Shown: positions 24,901-34,553, counted from the first letter of the stretch. The stretch: 64,000 nt of DNA from Phycisphaerales bacterium (GCA_022446795.1 JAKVBX010000005.1:37085-101084); one strand, 5' to 3'. Notes: generated by a model not told the origin, from the letters alone. Numbers and translations are program-made.

Positions 24901-26964
24901 GTGAAGGAGATGAACGCCGTGCCCAGCCATACCACTGAGAACATCAGGAACATAGCGCTCGTCGGGACGTCCGGCGGCGGAAAGACGACCCTGGCCGAGG
25001 GATTCCTGGCCGCTGGCGGCGTCATCGGTCGTGCCGGCCGCGTCGAGGATGGCAACACCGTCTCGGACTGGGACGACCTGGAGCGGGAGATGGGCTTCAG
25101 CCTGGACTCCAGCATCCTTCACATGGAACATGGCGGCTGTCGGCTGAACATCATTGACACGCCCGGTCGTGGCGACTTCCTCGGCAAGGCCGCCGCGTGC
25201 CTGCCCGCGGTCGAGACGATGGTGCTCGTGCTGGATCCCGGCACGGGAATCGATCCCGTCGCCCGCCGGCTCATGAAGCTGGCTGCGGAACGGAACCTGC
25301 CGCGGGCCGTCGTGGTCAACAAGATCGATTCCGGCAGTGACCTCGCCGGCTTCCTCGACGAGATCCAGGAGACGTTCGGTTCCGTATGTCGACCGATCAA
25401 CCTGTCGGCGGATGGCGGCTCGTCCGTGGTCCGCTGCTTCCGGTCCGGCGAGGGAGACTCCGATCTCGGGGCCGTGTCCGACTTCCATACCGGTCTGCTG
25501 GACCAGGTCGTCGAGGTTGATGAGGAGCTCATGGAGCAGTACCTGGAGCAGGGCGAAGTCACGCCCGAGCAACTCGAGGCGCCGTTCAAGCGAGCCATGC
25601 GGGAGGGCCATCTCGTCCCGGTCCTGTTCACCTCGGCCCGCGAGGGTGTCGGCCTCACCGAACTGCTCGACCAGGTCGCCGAATTCTTCCCGAATCCCGC
25701 CGAAGGCAACCCGCGACCGTTCTGTTCAGAGAGCGGTGATGATCTCGAGACATCGGCCGATCCGGGCGGCCCGCTGGTGGCCCACGTGTTCAAGGTCGCG
25801 TCGGATCCCTACGTCGGCAAGCTCAGCTACATGCGTGTCCACCAGGGAACGCTGGCGGGCGGAGCCACGCCTCGCGTCGATGACCAGCGAAAGGCTGTCC
25901 GCGTCGCGCATCTCTTCCAGCTGCAGGGCAAGGAGAGCAAGGAAGTCGACCAGGCCGTTCCTGGCGACATCGTCGCGGTCTCGAAGGTCGATGAGATCGA
26001 CTACAACAGCGTGCTGCACTCGAACGAAAAAGATGTCGTCAAAGTCCGGCCCATCCCGACGCCCAAGCCCATGTTCGGCCTGGCGATCGAGGGGACCAGC
26101 AAGGGCGCCGAATCCAAGATCGGTGACGGCCTGGCGAAGATGACGGCCGAGGACCCGACCTTCGAGGTCGAGCGTGTCGCCGCCACCAGCGAACTGGTCG
26201 TGCGTGGCCTGGGTGAGAATCACCTTCGCGCCAAGCTTCGACTGCTCAAGGACCGCTACGGTGTCGAGGTCGACTCCCGTCCGCCCAAGGTCGCATACAA
26301 GGAGACGATCACGGGCAAGGCCGAGGGCCATCATCGGCACAAGAAGCAGTCCGGTGGTTCCGGTCAGTTCGGCGAAGTCTTCCTGCGGGTGGAGCCCATC
26401 GAGGGTACCGAGGAAGAGGTCTCCAACGGCCTTCTGTTCATGGACGAGACCTTCGGCGGTTCCGTGCCCAAGCAGTTCATGCCGGCCATCGAGAAGGGTG
26501 TTCGGCAGGTCATGGTCGACGGCGCCGTCGCCGGCTATCCGATGCAGAACATCAAGGTTGCGGTCTACGACGGCAAGCACCACCCGGTGGATTCCAAGGA
26601 AGTCGCGTTCGTGACGGCCGGCAAGCGGGCGTTCATCGACGCGGTCCAGAAGGCGAACCCGGTCCTGCTGGAACCGTTCGTGAAGCTGGAGATCACCGTG
26701 CCCCAGGACGCCATCGGCGACATCTCGTCAGACCTGTCCGGCCGCCGCGGCCGCATCCAGGGCACCGACGTTCTGCCTGGCAGCCAGGTCCTGATGCATG
26801 CCGAGGCCCCGCTGGCCGAGGTCATGACCTATGCCGCCCAGCTCAAGTCGATCACGGCGGGTGCAGGCAGTTATTCGATGGAGTATTCGCATGACGAGAA
26901 TACGCCGCCGAATATCCAGGCCGAGGTCGTTGCCGCGTTCAAGCCCGATGCCGAGGCGGACTGA
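24901..26964 (+). CDS. elongation factor G paralog (EF-G-like GTPase)
   Basis: G1 is GTSGGGKTT, G3 is DTPGRGDF and G4 is NKID. Domain IV has the HHPVDS loop. The overall length of 687 aa fits EF-G. Confidence 0.85.
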   Translation: MKEMNAVPSHTTENIRNIALVGTSGGGKTTLAEGFLAAGGVIGRAGRVEDGNTVSDWDDLEREMGFSLDSSILHMEHGGCRLNIIDTPGRGDFLGKAAACLPAVETMVLVLDPGTGIDPVARRLMKLAAERNLPRAVVVNKIDSGSDLAGFLDEIQETFGSVCRPINLSADGGSSVVRCFRSGEGDSDLGAVSDFHTGLLDQVVEVDEELMEQYLEQGEVTPEQLEAPFKRAMREGHLVPVLFTSAREGVGLTELLDQVAEFFPNPAEGNPRPFCSESGDDLETSADPGGPLVAHVFKVASDPYVGKLSYMRVHQGTLAGGATPRVDDQRKAVRVAHLFQLQGKESKEVDQAVPGDIVAVSKVDEIDYNSVLHSNEKDVVKVRPIPTPKPMFGLAIEGTSKGAESKIGDGLAKMTAEDPTFEVERVAATSELVVRGLGENHLRAKLRLLKDRYGVEVDSRPPKVAYKETITGKAEGHHRHKKQSGGSGQFGEVFLRVEPIEGTEEEVSNGLLFMDETFGGSVPKQFMPAIEKGVRQVMVDGAVAGYPMQNIKVAVYDGKHHPVDSKEVAFVTAGKRAFIDAVQKANPVLLEPFVKLEITVPQDAIGDISSDLSGRRGRIQGTDVLPGSQVLMHAEAPLAEVMTYAAQLKSITAGAGSYSMEYSHDENTPPNIQAEVVAAFKPDAEAD

Positions 26965-27006
26965 TCCAGGGCCGCCGGCCCGGCTCGCTGGGTACACTGG
27001 CGATCG

Positions 27007-28110
27007 GTGAACAGGCAACACTCACCCATGGCGGTCGTCTGGTTGGCGGTCTCGGGCCTCGGCTCGGCCGCGCTGCTGGCCGCCGGACTCACCCGGACAC
27101 AGGTACCACCGGGCGTGGTGATGACCATTGCCGGTGCCATGGGCCTGGCCATCACCTTCGTGGCCATGATGATCAAGCAAGCGGAAGCGGCCATCCTCGG
27201 GCTGGCAGCCGTTGGCAGCGGCGCCGTTCTGGCCGTGGGCCTGCTGCCCGATTCGGCCAGTGACATCCTGGTTGGTGCCGGCATGCTCGGCCTGGTGGTG
27301 ACCGCGGGCTTCGCGGTGCTCCTGGCGTCGGGCGGTGGGGGGCGTGCAGATGGCGACGCCAACATCGTGACACTGCTGCATCGCATTCATGAGCAGTCAA
27401 TGCTCAGTGATTCGGCCCGGCGGGTTCTGTACCGGGAGCGAGAACTGGAACTGCTGCGTCGAACGATCGAGGACGACCTGAGTCGCGGTGACTTCAACGC
27501 GGCGCTCGTCCTGTGCGACGATATGGAGCGTCTGTTCGGATACACCGTCGAGGCGGAACAGGCCCGTGAGCGGGTGCTCAACCAGCGAAACGCGGTGCTG
27601 TCGGAGGAGATCCAGCAGCAGGTGCTCGCGGTCCACCAGCTGGTCCACGAGCAGCGATGGAAGCGGGCCGAGGTCGCCGCCCGGCGGCTGCACCGGCTCT
27701 ACCCCGACTCGCCCCAACTGGAGGAACTGGAGCGGGGCGTCCAGGCCGCCCTGCAGGAACACAAGCGGGCCCTGCATGATCAGCTGCAGACCGCTCGGGC
27801 GGCCGGCGAGGTCCAGCAGGCGATGGACCTGCTGCGGCAGCTGGATGAGTACCTCCAGCCCCAAGAGGCCGAGGCCATCCGTGACGAGGCCCAGGAGGTC
27901 ATCGCCCGGCATCGGGAGTGGCTGTCCGGGCTGTTCCGGGAAGCCGTTTCCAGTCACGACTGGGCCGGGGCGATCAACTGTGGTGAACGAATCATCGAGT
28001 GCTATCCGATGGATACCATGGCCACCGAGGTCCGGGAGATGATGGATCGTCTCCAGGCGCGGGCCCGTGGTTCTGCAAAGTCCGGACAGGGAGTGGCGGG
28101 TTCCGAATGA
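27007..28110 (+). CDS. membrane protein with a cytoplasmic helical/coiled-coil domain, function unknown
   Basis: There are four N-terminal hydrophobic helices, then about 240 aa of helical E/R/Q-rich sequence. Confidence 0.6.
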   Translation: MNRQHSPMAVVWLAVSGLGSAALLAAGLTRTQVPPGVVMTIAGAMGLAITFVAMMIKQAEAAILGLAAVGSGAVLAVGLLPDSASDILVGAGMLGLVVTAGFAVLLASGGGGRADGDANIVTLLHRIHEQSMLSDSARRVLYRERELELLRRTIEDDLSRGDFNAALVLCDDMERLFGYTVEAEQARERVLNQRNAVLSEEIQQQVLAVHQLVHEQRWKRAEVAARRLHRLYPDSPQLEELERGVQAALQEHKRALHDQLQTARAAGEVQQAMDLLRQLDEYLQPQEAEAIRDEAQEVIARHREWLSGLFREAVSSHDWAGAINCGERIIECYPMDTMATEVREMMDRLQARARGSAKSGQGVAGSE

Positions 28111-29003
28111 ACATGATGCAGACTGCCGTTCGAGTCGTACCCGTGGTCGGTGTGTTGTCCCTGCTGGGACCGGCCGGTTGTGTGATGGAGGATTTCAACG
28201 ACATCGGGCAGACGTTCTTCTCGCCGTCACCCACCGAGGCGGCCCGGGATGCGCTGGACCCGTACAACCCGGACCTCCGACGCGAAGGCGTGGTGCTGCT
28301 GTCCAACGCACCCTTCGGCGGCGTAGAGGCCTACCTGAAGATGTACCGCGACTACGTGGTGAACGATCCCAACCCGTTGGTCCGCGCGGCCGCGATCACG
28401 GCGCTCGCTCGCCATGGTGACGAGTCTGACGCCATTCTGATCTCGCCCTATCTCAGTCGCGAGGCGGAGCCCAACGAGACGGTCCGCTGGTATGCCGCCC
28501 TGGCCCTGCAGCGGCTGCATGATCCCGAGGTCATCGGTGTCCTGGAAACCGCCATGCGGGACGAGGATGAGACGGGAGAGATCCGTGCGGCCGTGTGCGT
28601 CGCCCTGGGGCAGTATCCCGAGGACCGGGTCGTCCAGTTGCTGCTGCTGGCGTTGGATGCCCGCGAACTGGCCGTGAATACCGAGGCGGCGCAGTCGCTC
28701 ATGCTGCTGACGGGACAGGAGTTTGGCCTGGACCGGGTCGCCTGGCAGAACTGGTACAACGCCGCGCTGGCGAAGAAGGTCGCCTTCAAGGACCAGCGTG
28801 AATACTTCTATCCCACCTACTCCCGCGATACGGACTGGTGGGAATACGCCGCCTTCTGGCTGGACATGAGCTGGGAGAAGCCGAGCGCACCGGCGGGCAG
28901 GCGACCTGAGAGCGAGCGACGCACCTACGAGGAACCGCCGCCGGAGGTCCGGGGCGACGAGCAGGTGACCGAAGAGGTCGAGACGGCGGACAACGAACCG
29001 TGA
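28107..29003 (+). CDS. HEAT-repeat lipoprotein
   Basis: The signal/lipobox is VVGVLSLLGPAGC. The HEAT/PBS-lyase-type repeats read NPLVRAAAITALARHGD, ETVRWYAALALQRLHDP and EIRAAVCVALGQYPED. The ATG at 28107 overlaps the upstream TGA. Confidence 0.7.
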   Translation: MNMMQTAVRVVPVVGVLSLLGPAGCVMEDFNDIGQTFFSPSPTEAARDALDPYNPDLRREGVVLLSNAPFGGVEAYLKMYRDYVVNDPNPLVRAAAITALARHGDESDAILISPYLSREAEPNETVRWYAALALQRLHDPEVIGVLETAMRDEDETGEIRAAVCVALGQYPEDRVVQLLLLALDARELAVNTEAAQSLMLLTGQEFGLDRVAWQNWYNAALAKKVAFKDQREYFYPTYSRDTDWWEYAAFWLDMSWEKPSAPAGRRPESERRTYEEPPPEVRGDEQVTEEVETADNEP

Positions 29004-29977
29004 CCAACCGCTGTGTCATCGTTCGCGATGGGACCATCGGCATCGAGAACCGCGCCGCTACCGGGCGTGGTCCGGGCGAGGCGACCCTCGAGGTCCTGCG
29101 GGTCGGCCTCTCGCACCTGGACGCGGCCATCGGGCAGGGGCGGATGTCCTTCGATGGCATTCCTGGTCAGGAACTGGTGGGTCGTGTCATCGACGTGGAT
29201 GAGGCTGACGCCGACTGGCGGTCAAGACGGGTCGTGGTCGACCCGCTCGTGACCTGTGGACAGTGCGAATGGTGCCTCGGGGGGGTTCGTGAGCACTGCG
29301 GTCAACGGCGGATCATCGGGCGGCAGGGAGCCGACGGTGGCCTGGCGGAGCAGATCGTCGTTCCGATCTCGTCACTGGTGGCGGTTCCTGATCATGTTGA
29401 CGACGATTCGGCCGTGTTTGCCGTCCCGGTGGGCCGGGCCCTCCAGGCGGCACGGCAGGCCAGGATCGAGGGCAAGACCTACGTCACCATCGTCGGCGAC
29501 AACGCACTGGCGCTGCTGACCGCCCAGGTCCTCGTCCGACGAAATGCCTCGGTGCGGGTCCTGGGGGAACATCGTGAACTGCTGGATCGATGCGAGCGAT
29601 GGGGGATTCGCCATCGTCACCGGGACGAGGCCGGACTCCGGGGGGACCAGGACATCGTCGTGGAGTGCACGGGTGATCAGGCGGCCATGGCGGCGACACT
29701 GGGGTTCGTCCGACCGCGAGGGACGGTCATCCAGATGGTCGCTCCCGAGACCGTCGGGGCCGAGGGGACGGTCCTGGACCTCCGACGCCTGGTTGACGCG
29801 GAAGTCCGGCTCGTGGGTTCCTCCTTTGGTCCGGTGGCCGAAGCGATGAACTTGATTGCCACCGATGGCATCGACGTCGTGAGCGTCGTGGGGGTGCGGC
29901 GTCGACTTGATGATGTTCCGAGCCTGTTGACCGATCCGCAATTGGCGACGGGTCGCAAGGTTCTCGTCTCGCCGTGA
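29000..29977 (+). CDS. medium-chain (zinc-type) alcohol dehydrogenase family protein, atypical active site
   Basis: The structural-zinc cluster is CGQCEWCLGGVREHC. It has GQELVGRV where GHE is expected, and a Rossmann segment VTIVGDNALALL. The GTG start overlaps the upstream TGA. Confidence 0.65.
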   Translation: MTNRCVIVRDGTIGIENRAATGRGPGEATLEVLRVGLSHLDAAIGQGRMSFDGIPGQELVGRVIDVDEADADWRSRRVVVDPLVTCGQCEWCLGGVREHCGQRRIIGRQGADGGLAEQIVVPISSLVAVPDHVDDDSAVFAVPVGRALQAARQARIEGKTYVTIVGDNALALLTAQVLVRRNASVRVLGEHRELLDRCERWGIRHRHRDEAGLRGDQDIVVECTGDQAAMAATLGFVRPRGTVIQMVAPETVGAEGTVLDLRRLVDAEVRLVGSSFGPVAEAMNLIATDGIDVVSVVGVRRRLDDVPSLLTDPQLATGRKVLVSP

Positions 29978-30014
29978 CGCCGCAACGCGTCTGGCTCGCT
30001 ACGCTGTAGCCCCC

Positions 30015-31556
30015 GTGGACACTACCCCGCCCAAGGACCAGCGGCCTTCTGATCCCACAGAGCCGATCGAAGCGCCGGCGGCGGCCGCCGCTGGTGAGAT
30101 CCAGTCCGGTCGCCTGGCGGGCAAGTCGCTGGGTGCCGCCATCGCGATCGTAGCCTTCCCGGTCCTGCTGCAGCAGGTCATGGCGGCCTTCGTCGGCCTG
30201 GTCGACAAGATGCTGGCGGGCAACCTCGCCGACGACATCGTGATGGCCGCGTTGGATGGTGTCGGTGTGGCGTCCTACGTCGGGTGGCTGATCGGGATCG
30301 CCATGTCCGGCCTGGGCATCGGTGGGCAGGCGATCATCGCCCGGGCGATGGGCGCCGGCAATGTCGACGAGGGCGAACAGGCGTTGGGGCATGCCCTGGG
30401 CCTGAGCGTGGCCTGGGGCGTGCTCTGTGGCATCGTCATGTGGTTCACCGCCGATGCGTTGGCGAGCATCGGTCAACTCGGACCCGAGGCGACCACCTTC
30501 TCGAACCAGTACATCCGGACGTTCGCGGTATCCATGCCCTTCTTCGGGGTGATGATGGTCGGGGCGATGTGCATGCACGGAGCAGGGGAGACGCTTCGTC
30601 CGTTTCTCATCGCGGTAGCCGTGAACATCGTGAACGTGATCGTGTCCTGGGTCCTGTCCGGTGCGGACCTGCGAGTGGGTGACTCCGTCCTGGTCAATCC
30701 GTTCAGCTTCGACCTGGACGTGCTGGGCATCGCCCTCGGCAGCGGCATCGGCATGGCGGTCGGCGCCCTGCTGACGATCGCCGTGCTGTTCCACGGGATC
30801 AAGGACCTGCGCCTGCGCACCGGCATGCTCTCCCCGCGGCCGGCGATGTCCTGGCGGGTGGTCCGGATCGGGATCCCCAACTTCTTCGAAGGCATGGCGA
30901 TGTGGATCGCCAACATCATCGTGCTGGGCTTCATCGGAACGCTCGCCGGCCGCGCCGCGCAGGCGGCGTTGACTGCGGAGACCGGCGAGGATTCATCTGA
31001 CCTGGCGATGGCGGGCGAGGGGCTGCAGGGCGCGCACATCATCGCCGTGCAGTGGGAGGCCTTCAGTTTCCTGCCCGGCTTCGCGATCGGGATCGCCGCC
31101 GGCGCCCTCGCGGGTCAATACCTCGGGGCCGGCAACGCGGCGATGGCCCGGAAGGCGGTCTGGGTCTGCGTCGGGCTGGGCACGGTGTTGATGGGGCTGA
31201 TCGGCATCGTCTTCATCATCTGGGGCCGGGAACTGACCAGCCTGATCTCGCAGCAGGACGTGCACCTGGACGTGGTCCCCAAGCTGCTGGTCATCTGCGG
31301 GGCGACACAGGTCTTCTTTGCGGTGTCGATGGTGGTCCGCCAGGCGCTGCGAGGGACCGGGGACACCACCTGGGTCTTCATCATCACGGTGGTATCGAGC
31401 TACGGCATCCGCCTGCCGGCGGCCTGGTTCCTGGGCGTGTACCTGGATTGGGGCCTTCCGGGGATCTGGATCGGGCTCTGCGGCGAATTGGGCATCCGCG
31501 CGATGTTCTTCCTCGCGCGGTTCGTCAACGGCGGGTGGGCCAGGCAGCAGCTCTGA
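30015..31556 (+). CDS. MATE-family efflux transporter
   Basis: About 12 TM helices are visible. The N-terminal signature is PVLLQQVMAAFVGLVDKMLAG. The two halves are repeated, as expected for MATE/NorM/DinF. Confidence 0.75.
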   Translation: MDTTPPKDQRPSDPTEPIEAPAAAAAGEIQSGRLAGKSLGAAIAIVAFPVLLQQVMAAFVGLVDKMLAGNLADDIVMAALDGVGVASYVGWLIGIAMSGLGIGGQAIIARAMGAGNVDEGEQALGHALGLSVAWGVLCGIVMWFTADALASIGQLGPEATTFSNQYIRTFAVSMPFFGVMMVGAMCMHGAGETLRPFLIAVAVNIVNVIVSWVLSGADLRVGDSVLVNPFSFDLDVLGIALGSGIGMAVGALLTIAVLFHGIKDLRLRTGMLSPRPAMSWRVVRIGIPNFFEGMAMWIANIIVLGFIGTLAGRAAQAALTAETGEDSSDLAMAGEGLQGAHIIAVQWEAFSFLPGFAIGIAAGALAGQYLGAGNAAMARKAVWVCVGLGTVLMGLIGIVFIIWGRELTSLISQQDVHLDVVPKLLVICGATQVFFAVSMVVRQALRGTGDTTWVFIITVVSSYGIRLPAAWFLGVYLDWGLPGIWIGLCGELGIRAMFFLARFVNGGWARQQL

Positions 31557-31564
31557 TCGAGTGA

Positions 31565-32230
31565 CTAGGCGTCCGACTCGGGCGGCGCTGGTTCGGATGC
31601 GGATTCCGCGGGGGCTTCCGGGGCCGGTTCGGCCTGGGGCTTGGCGGCAGCAGACTGGTTGAGCAGTCGCGTGATCTTGTTGCGATCAGGCGACAGCACG
31701 ATGCTCATGCGTCGGCCAGCCATCCGCGGTTCCATCTCGACCTTGGCGATGTCTTCCAGTGACGTGATGACGTTGGCCATGCGTTCGCGTCCACGCTCAC
31801 GGTGGAGCATCTCGCGGCCACGGAAGTTCTGGACGATCTGCACCTTGTGTCCGTCCATCAGGAACTTGCGGGCCTGCTGGAGTCGGATGGCGATGTCATG
31901 GGGATCGATCTTCATCGACCGGCCCAGGCGGACCTCCTTCATCTCGGCCGCCTTGGATCGGGCGCGGTTGGCCTTCTCCTTCTTCGACTGTTCGTAGCGG
32001 TACTTGCCGAAGTCGAGAATGCGGCAGACGGGGGGATCGGATTCAGGGGAAACTTCCACGAGGTCGAGGCCAGCATCACGGGCGCGGTCCAGCGCGTCGC
32101 GGACGTCGATGACGCCGACCATGTTCTCGGTTTCGTCAATGAGACGAATGGGTGACTTGCGAATCTGCTCGTTCACCCGGGGAAGGTTCCGGATGTTCTC
32201 CTGGGGCTTGAAGTAGCGGCGACGGGCGAT
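31565..32230 (-). CDS. infC: translation initiation factor IF-3 (probable non-AUG AUC start)
   Basis: RVNEQIRKSPIRLIDETENMVGVIDVRDALDRARDAGLDLVEVSP...PPVCRILDFGKYRYE is typical IF-3. The frame stays open 18 codons upstream of the GTG at 32176, back to an ATC at 32228-32230 that directly follows an in-frame TGA. Confidence 0.85.
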   Translation of the reverse strand: MARRRYFKPQENIRNLPRVNEQIRKSPIRLIDETENMVGVIDVRDALDRARDAGLDLVEVSPESDPPVCRILDFGKYRYEQSKKEKANRARSKAAEMKEVRLGRSMKIDPHDIAIRLQQARKFLMDGHKVQIVQNFRGREMLHRERGRERMANVITSLEDIAKVEMEPRMAGRRMSIVLSPDRNKITRLLNQSAAAKPQAEPAPEAPAESASEPAPPESDA

Positions 32231-32468
32231 GGGTCAGCTCTCCATGTGTGGTGTTGACAGATTGATACCGGTCCGGTTCCCGGTCCGGTGGTTCATCAAC
32301 GGAATTGCGGCAGGTGCGCACCTCATGCCGAAGGCAGTGAAGCCGGGCTGTGAATGGGGGTGGGCACGGATATCGCAGGCTCCTGGGTCGCGTCCGCGGT
32401 GGACACGATGGTCCTCCAGACTACCGGGGCGAACTCGGAACGGCAACAGCAAACGCCGGGGCGGGGGC

Positions 32469-34553
32469 TCATGCGGGGGCCGCTTCCGGGAAGAGGGTGC
32501 TGATCGCCGTCCCATGCTCCCGGCCCCGGACCTCGCTGGCGAGGCTCGCGAGGAAGTCATCCAGCGGAACGGCGCCCAGGTCGCGTTCGATGCCGTGTGC
32601 CCGGACGCTGACCGTCCGGTTCTCGCTGTCGCGGGGACCGACCACCAGAACGTAGGGGACCTTCTTCTCCGCGGCCGATCGGACCTTGGCGTTGAGCCGT
32701 TCATCCCCGGCATCGAGCCCGGCCCGAAGGTCCTCGGCTCGCAGGAGGGACTGGACCTCCCGGGCGTATTCGAGGCTCTTGTCGCTGACGGGCAGCACGC
32801 GGACCTGCTCGGGGGACAACCAGGCGGGGAAGGCCCCGGCAAAGTGCTCGATCAGGAAGCCGATGAATCGCTCCATGGACCCGAAGGGCGCCCGGTGGAT
32901 CATCACCGGTCGATGGGCCGTGTTGTCGGCACCGATGTACGAGAGGTCGAATCGCTCGGGCAGGTTGTAGTCCACCTGGACGGTGCCCAGCTGCCAGTCC
33001 CGGCCGATGGCATCTCGCACGACGAAGTCGATCTTGGGACCGTAGAAGGCGGCCTCACCAGCCTCGGCGTCGAAGGGGACGCCCATCGCCTCGGCCGCCT
33101 CGATGCAGGCCGTCTCGGCGAGCTTCCAGTTGTCCGGGTCGCCGACGTACTTGTCGCTCTCGGGATCCCGCAGTCCGACCCGGACGCGGTACTGGTCCAT
33201 GCCCAGCGTCGAGAAGATGATCTTGACGAGTTCCAGGCAGCCCTGGACTTCCTCGCCGATCTGTTCAGGTGTGCAGAAGAGGTGGCCGTCATCCTGCGTG
33301 AACCCGCGGACGCGGAGCATGCCGCTGAGTTCACCGGACTGCTCGTGGCGATACACGGTGCCGAACTCCGCCAGTCGGACCGGCAGGTCGCGGTAGGACC
33401 GCGGCTCGCTGGCGTAGATGCGGATGTGGTGGGGGCAGTTCATGGGCTTGAGCAGGTAGCCCTCGACATCCCCGGATTCCAGTCGATTGGACAGCTCGCC
33501 ACAGGAGCATCCTTCGCCCGCCAGGATCGCCATCTGGTCCCGCTCGATGATCGGTGGATACTGGCTGTCCTGGTAGTAGGGGAAGTGCCCTGACGTTCGG
33601 TACAGCTCCAGCCGACCGATGTGCGGCGTGAAGACCTGGTCGTAGCCCTGTCGGCGGGTGTACAGCGAGATGAAATCCTGCAGTTCCTGGCGGACGATGC
33701 TGCCGGCGGGCTTCCACAGGATCAGGCCGGGGCCGACCGCGTCGTCGATCGTGAACAGGCTCAGTTGCTTGCCGATGACCCGGTGATCTCGCTTGCGGGC
33801 TTCCTCCAACTGTTTCAGGTGCCGCTTGAGCTGCTTGCGATCGGTGAAGGCGGTTCCGTAGATCCGGGTCAGCTGGTCGGACGAGCTGTCGCCATGCCAA
33901 TGGCTGGCGGCAATGCTCATGACCTTGAAGGCGCCGATTCGCCCGGTCGAGGGGACGTGCGGTCCTCGACAGAGGTCCTCCCAGTTGTCGCCCGGATTGC
34001 CGGTGGCGTACCAGGACAATTCGTCGGAGCCACCATCGATGGCTCGCTGGGCATTGTCGACCTTGTACTTGTTACCCTCGGACTCGAGCTTGGACAGGCC
34101 TTCGGTGGCGGACATGTCGTACCGGGTGAAGGGACGATCTTCCGCGACGATCGCCTTCATCTCGGCTTCGATCCGCTCGAAGTCCTCGCTGCTGATCTTG
34201 TTGCCCTCGGGCAACCACATGTCGTAGTAGAAGCCACCGGAGACCGGAGGCCCGTAGACCAGTTGGACATCCGGCCACAATCGCTGGATGGCCTCGGCCA
34301 TGACATGGGCGGCGCTGTGTCGGATAAGCCACAGGGCGTCGTCGCTGGACTCCGACTCTCCCTTCCGGGCGGTGATGATCGCGATGCTGGCATCCTCCGC
34401 GATCGGGACGTCCAGGTCGGTCATGGTGCCGTCGACCATGGCGCCGATGGCGGATGCGGCCAGGCCGGGGCCGATGGACTCGGCGACCTGGCCGGGAGTG
34501 ACCGGCTCGTCGAATTGTCGCGTGGAACCGTCTGGAAGTTGGATGGTGGGCAT
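32469..34553 (-). CDS. thrS: threonine--tRNA ligase
   Basis: The TGS-domain start is MPTIQLPDGSTRQF. It has the editing-domain HSAAHVMA and class II motifs (FRHEQSGELSGMLRVRGFTQDDGH, PVMIHRAPFGSMERF). Confidence 0.95.
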   Translation of the reverse strand: MPTIQLPDGSTRQFDEPVTPGQVAESIGPGLAASAIGAMVDGTMTDLDVPIAEDASIAIITARKGESESSDDALWLIRHSAAHVMAEAIQRLWPDVQLVYGPPVSGGFYYDMWLPEGNKISSEDFERIEAEMKAIVAEDRPFTRYDMSATEGLSKLESEGNKYKVDNAQRAIDGGSDELSWYATGNPGDNWEDLCRGPHVPSTGRIGAFKVMSIAASHWHGDSSSDQLTRIYGTAFTDRKQLKRHLKQLEEARKRDHRVIGKQLSLFTIDDAVGPGLILWKPAGSIVRQELQDFISLYTRRQGYDQVFTPHIGRLELYRTSGHFPYYQDSQYPPIIERDQMAILAGEGCSCGELSNRLESGDVEGYLLKPMNCPHHIRIYASEPRSYRDLPVRLAEFGTVYRHEQSGELSGMLRVRGFTQDDGHLFCTPEQIGEEVQGCLELVKIIFSTLGMDQYRVRVGLRDPESDKYVGDPDNWKLAETACIEAAEAMGVPFDAEAGEAAFYGPKIDFVVRDAIGRDWQLGTVQVDYNLPERFDLSYIGADNTAHRPVMIHRAPFGSMERFIGFLIEHFAGAFPAWLSPEQVRVLPVSDKSLEYAREVQSLLRAEDLRAGLDAGDERLNAKVRSAAEKKVPYVLVVGPRDSENRTVSVRAHGIERDLGAVPLDDFLASLASEVRGREHGTAISTLFPEAAPA

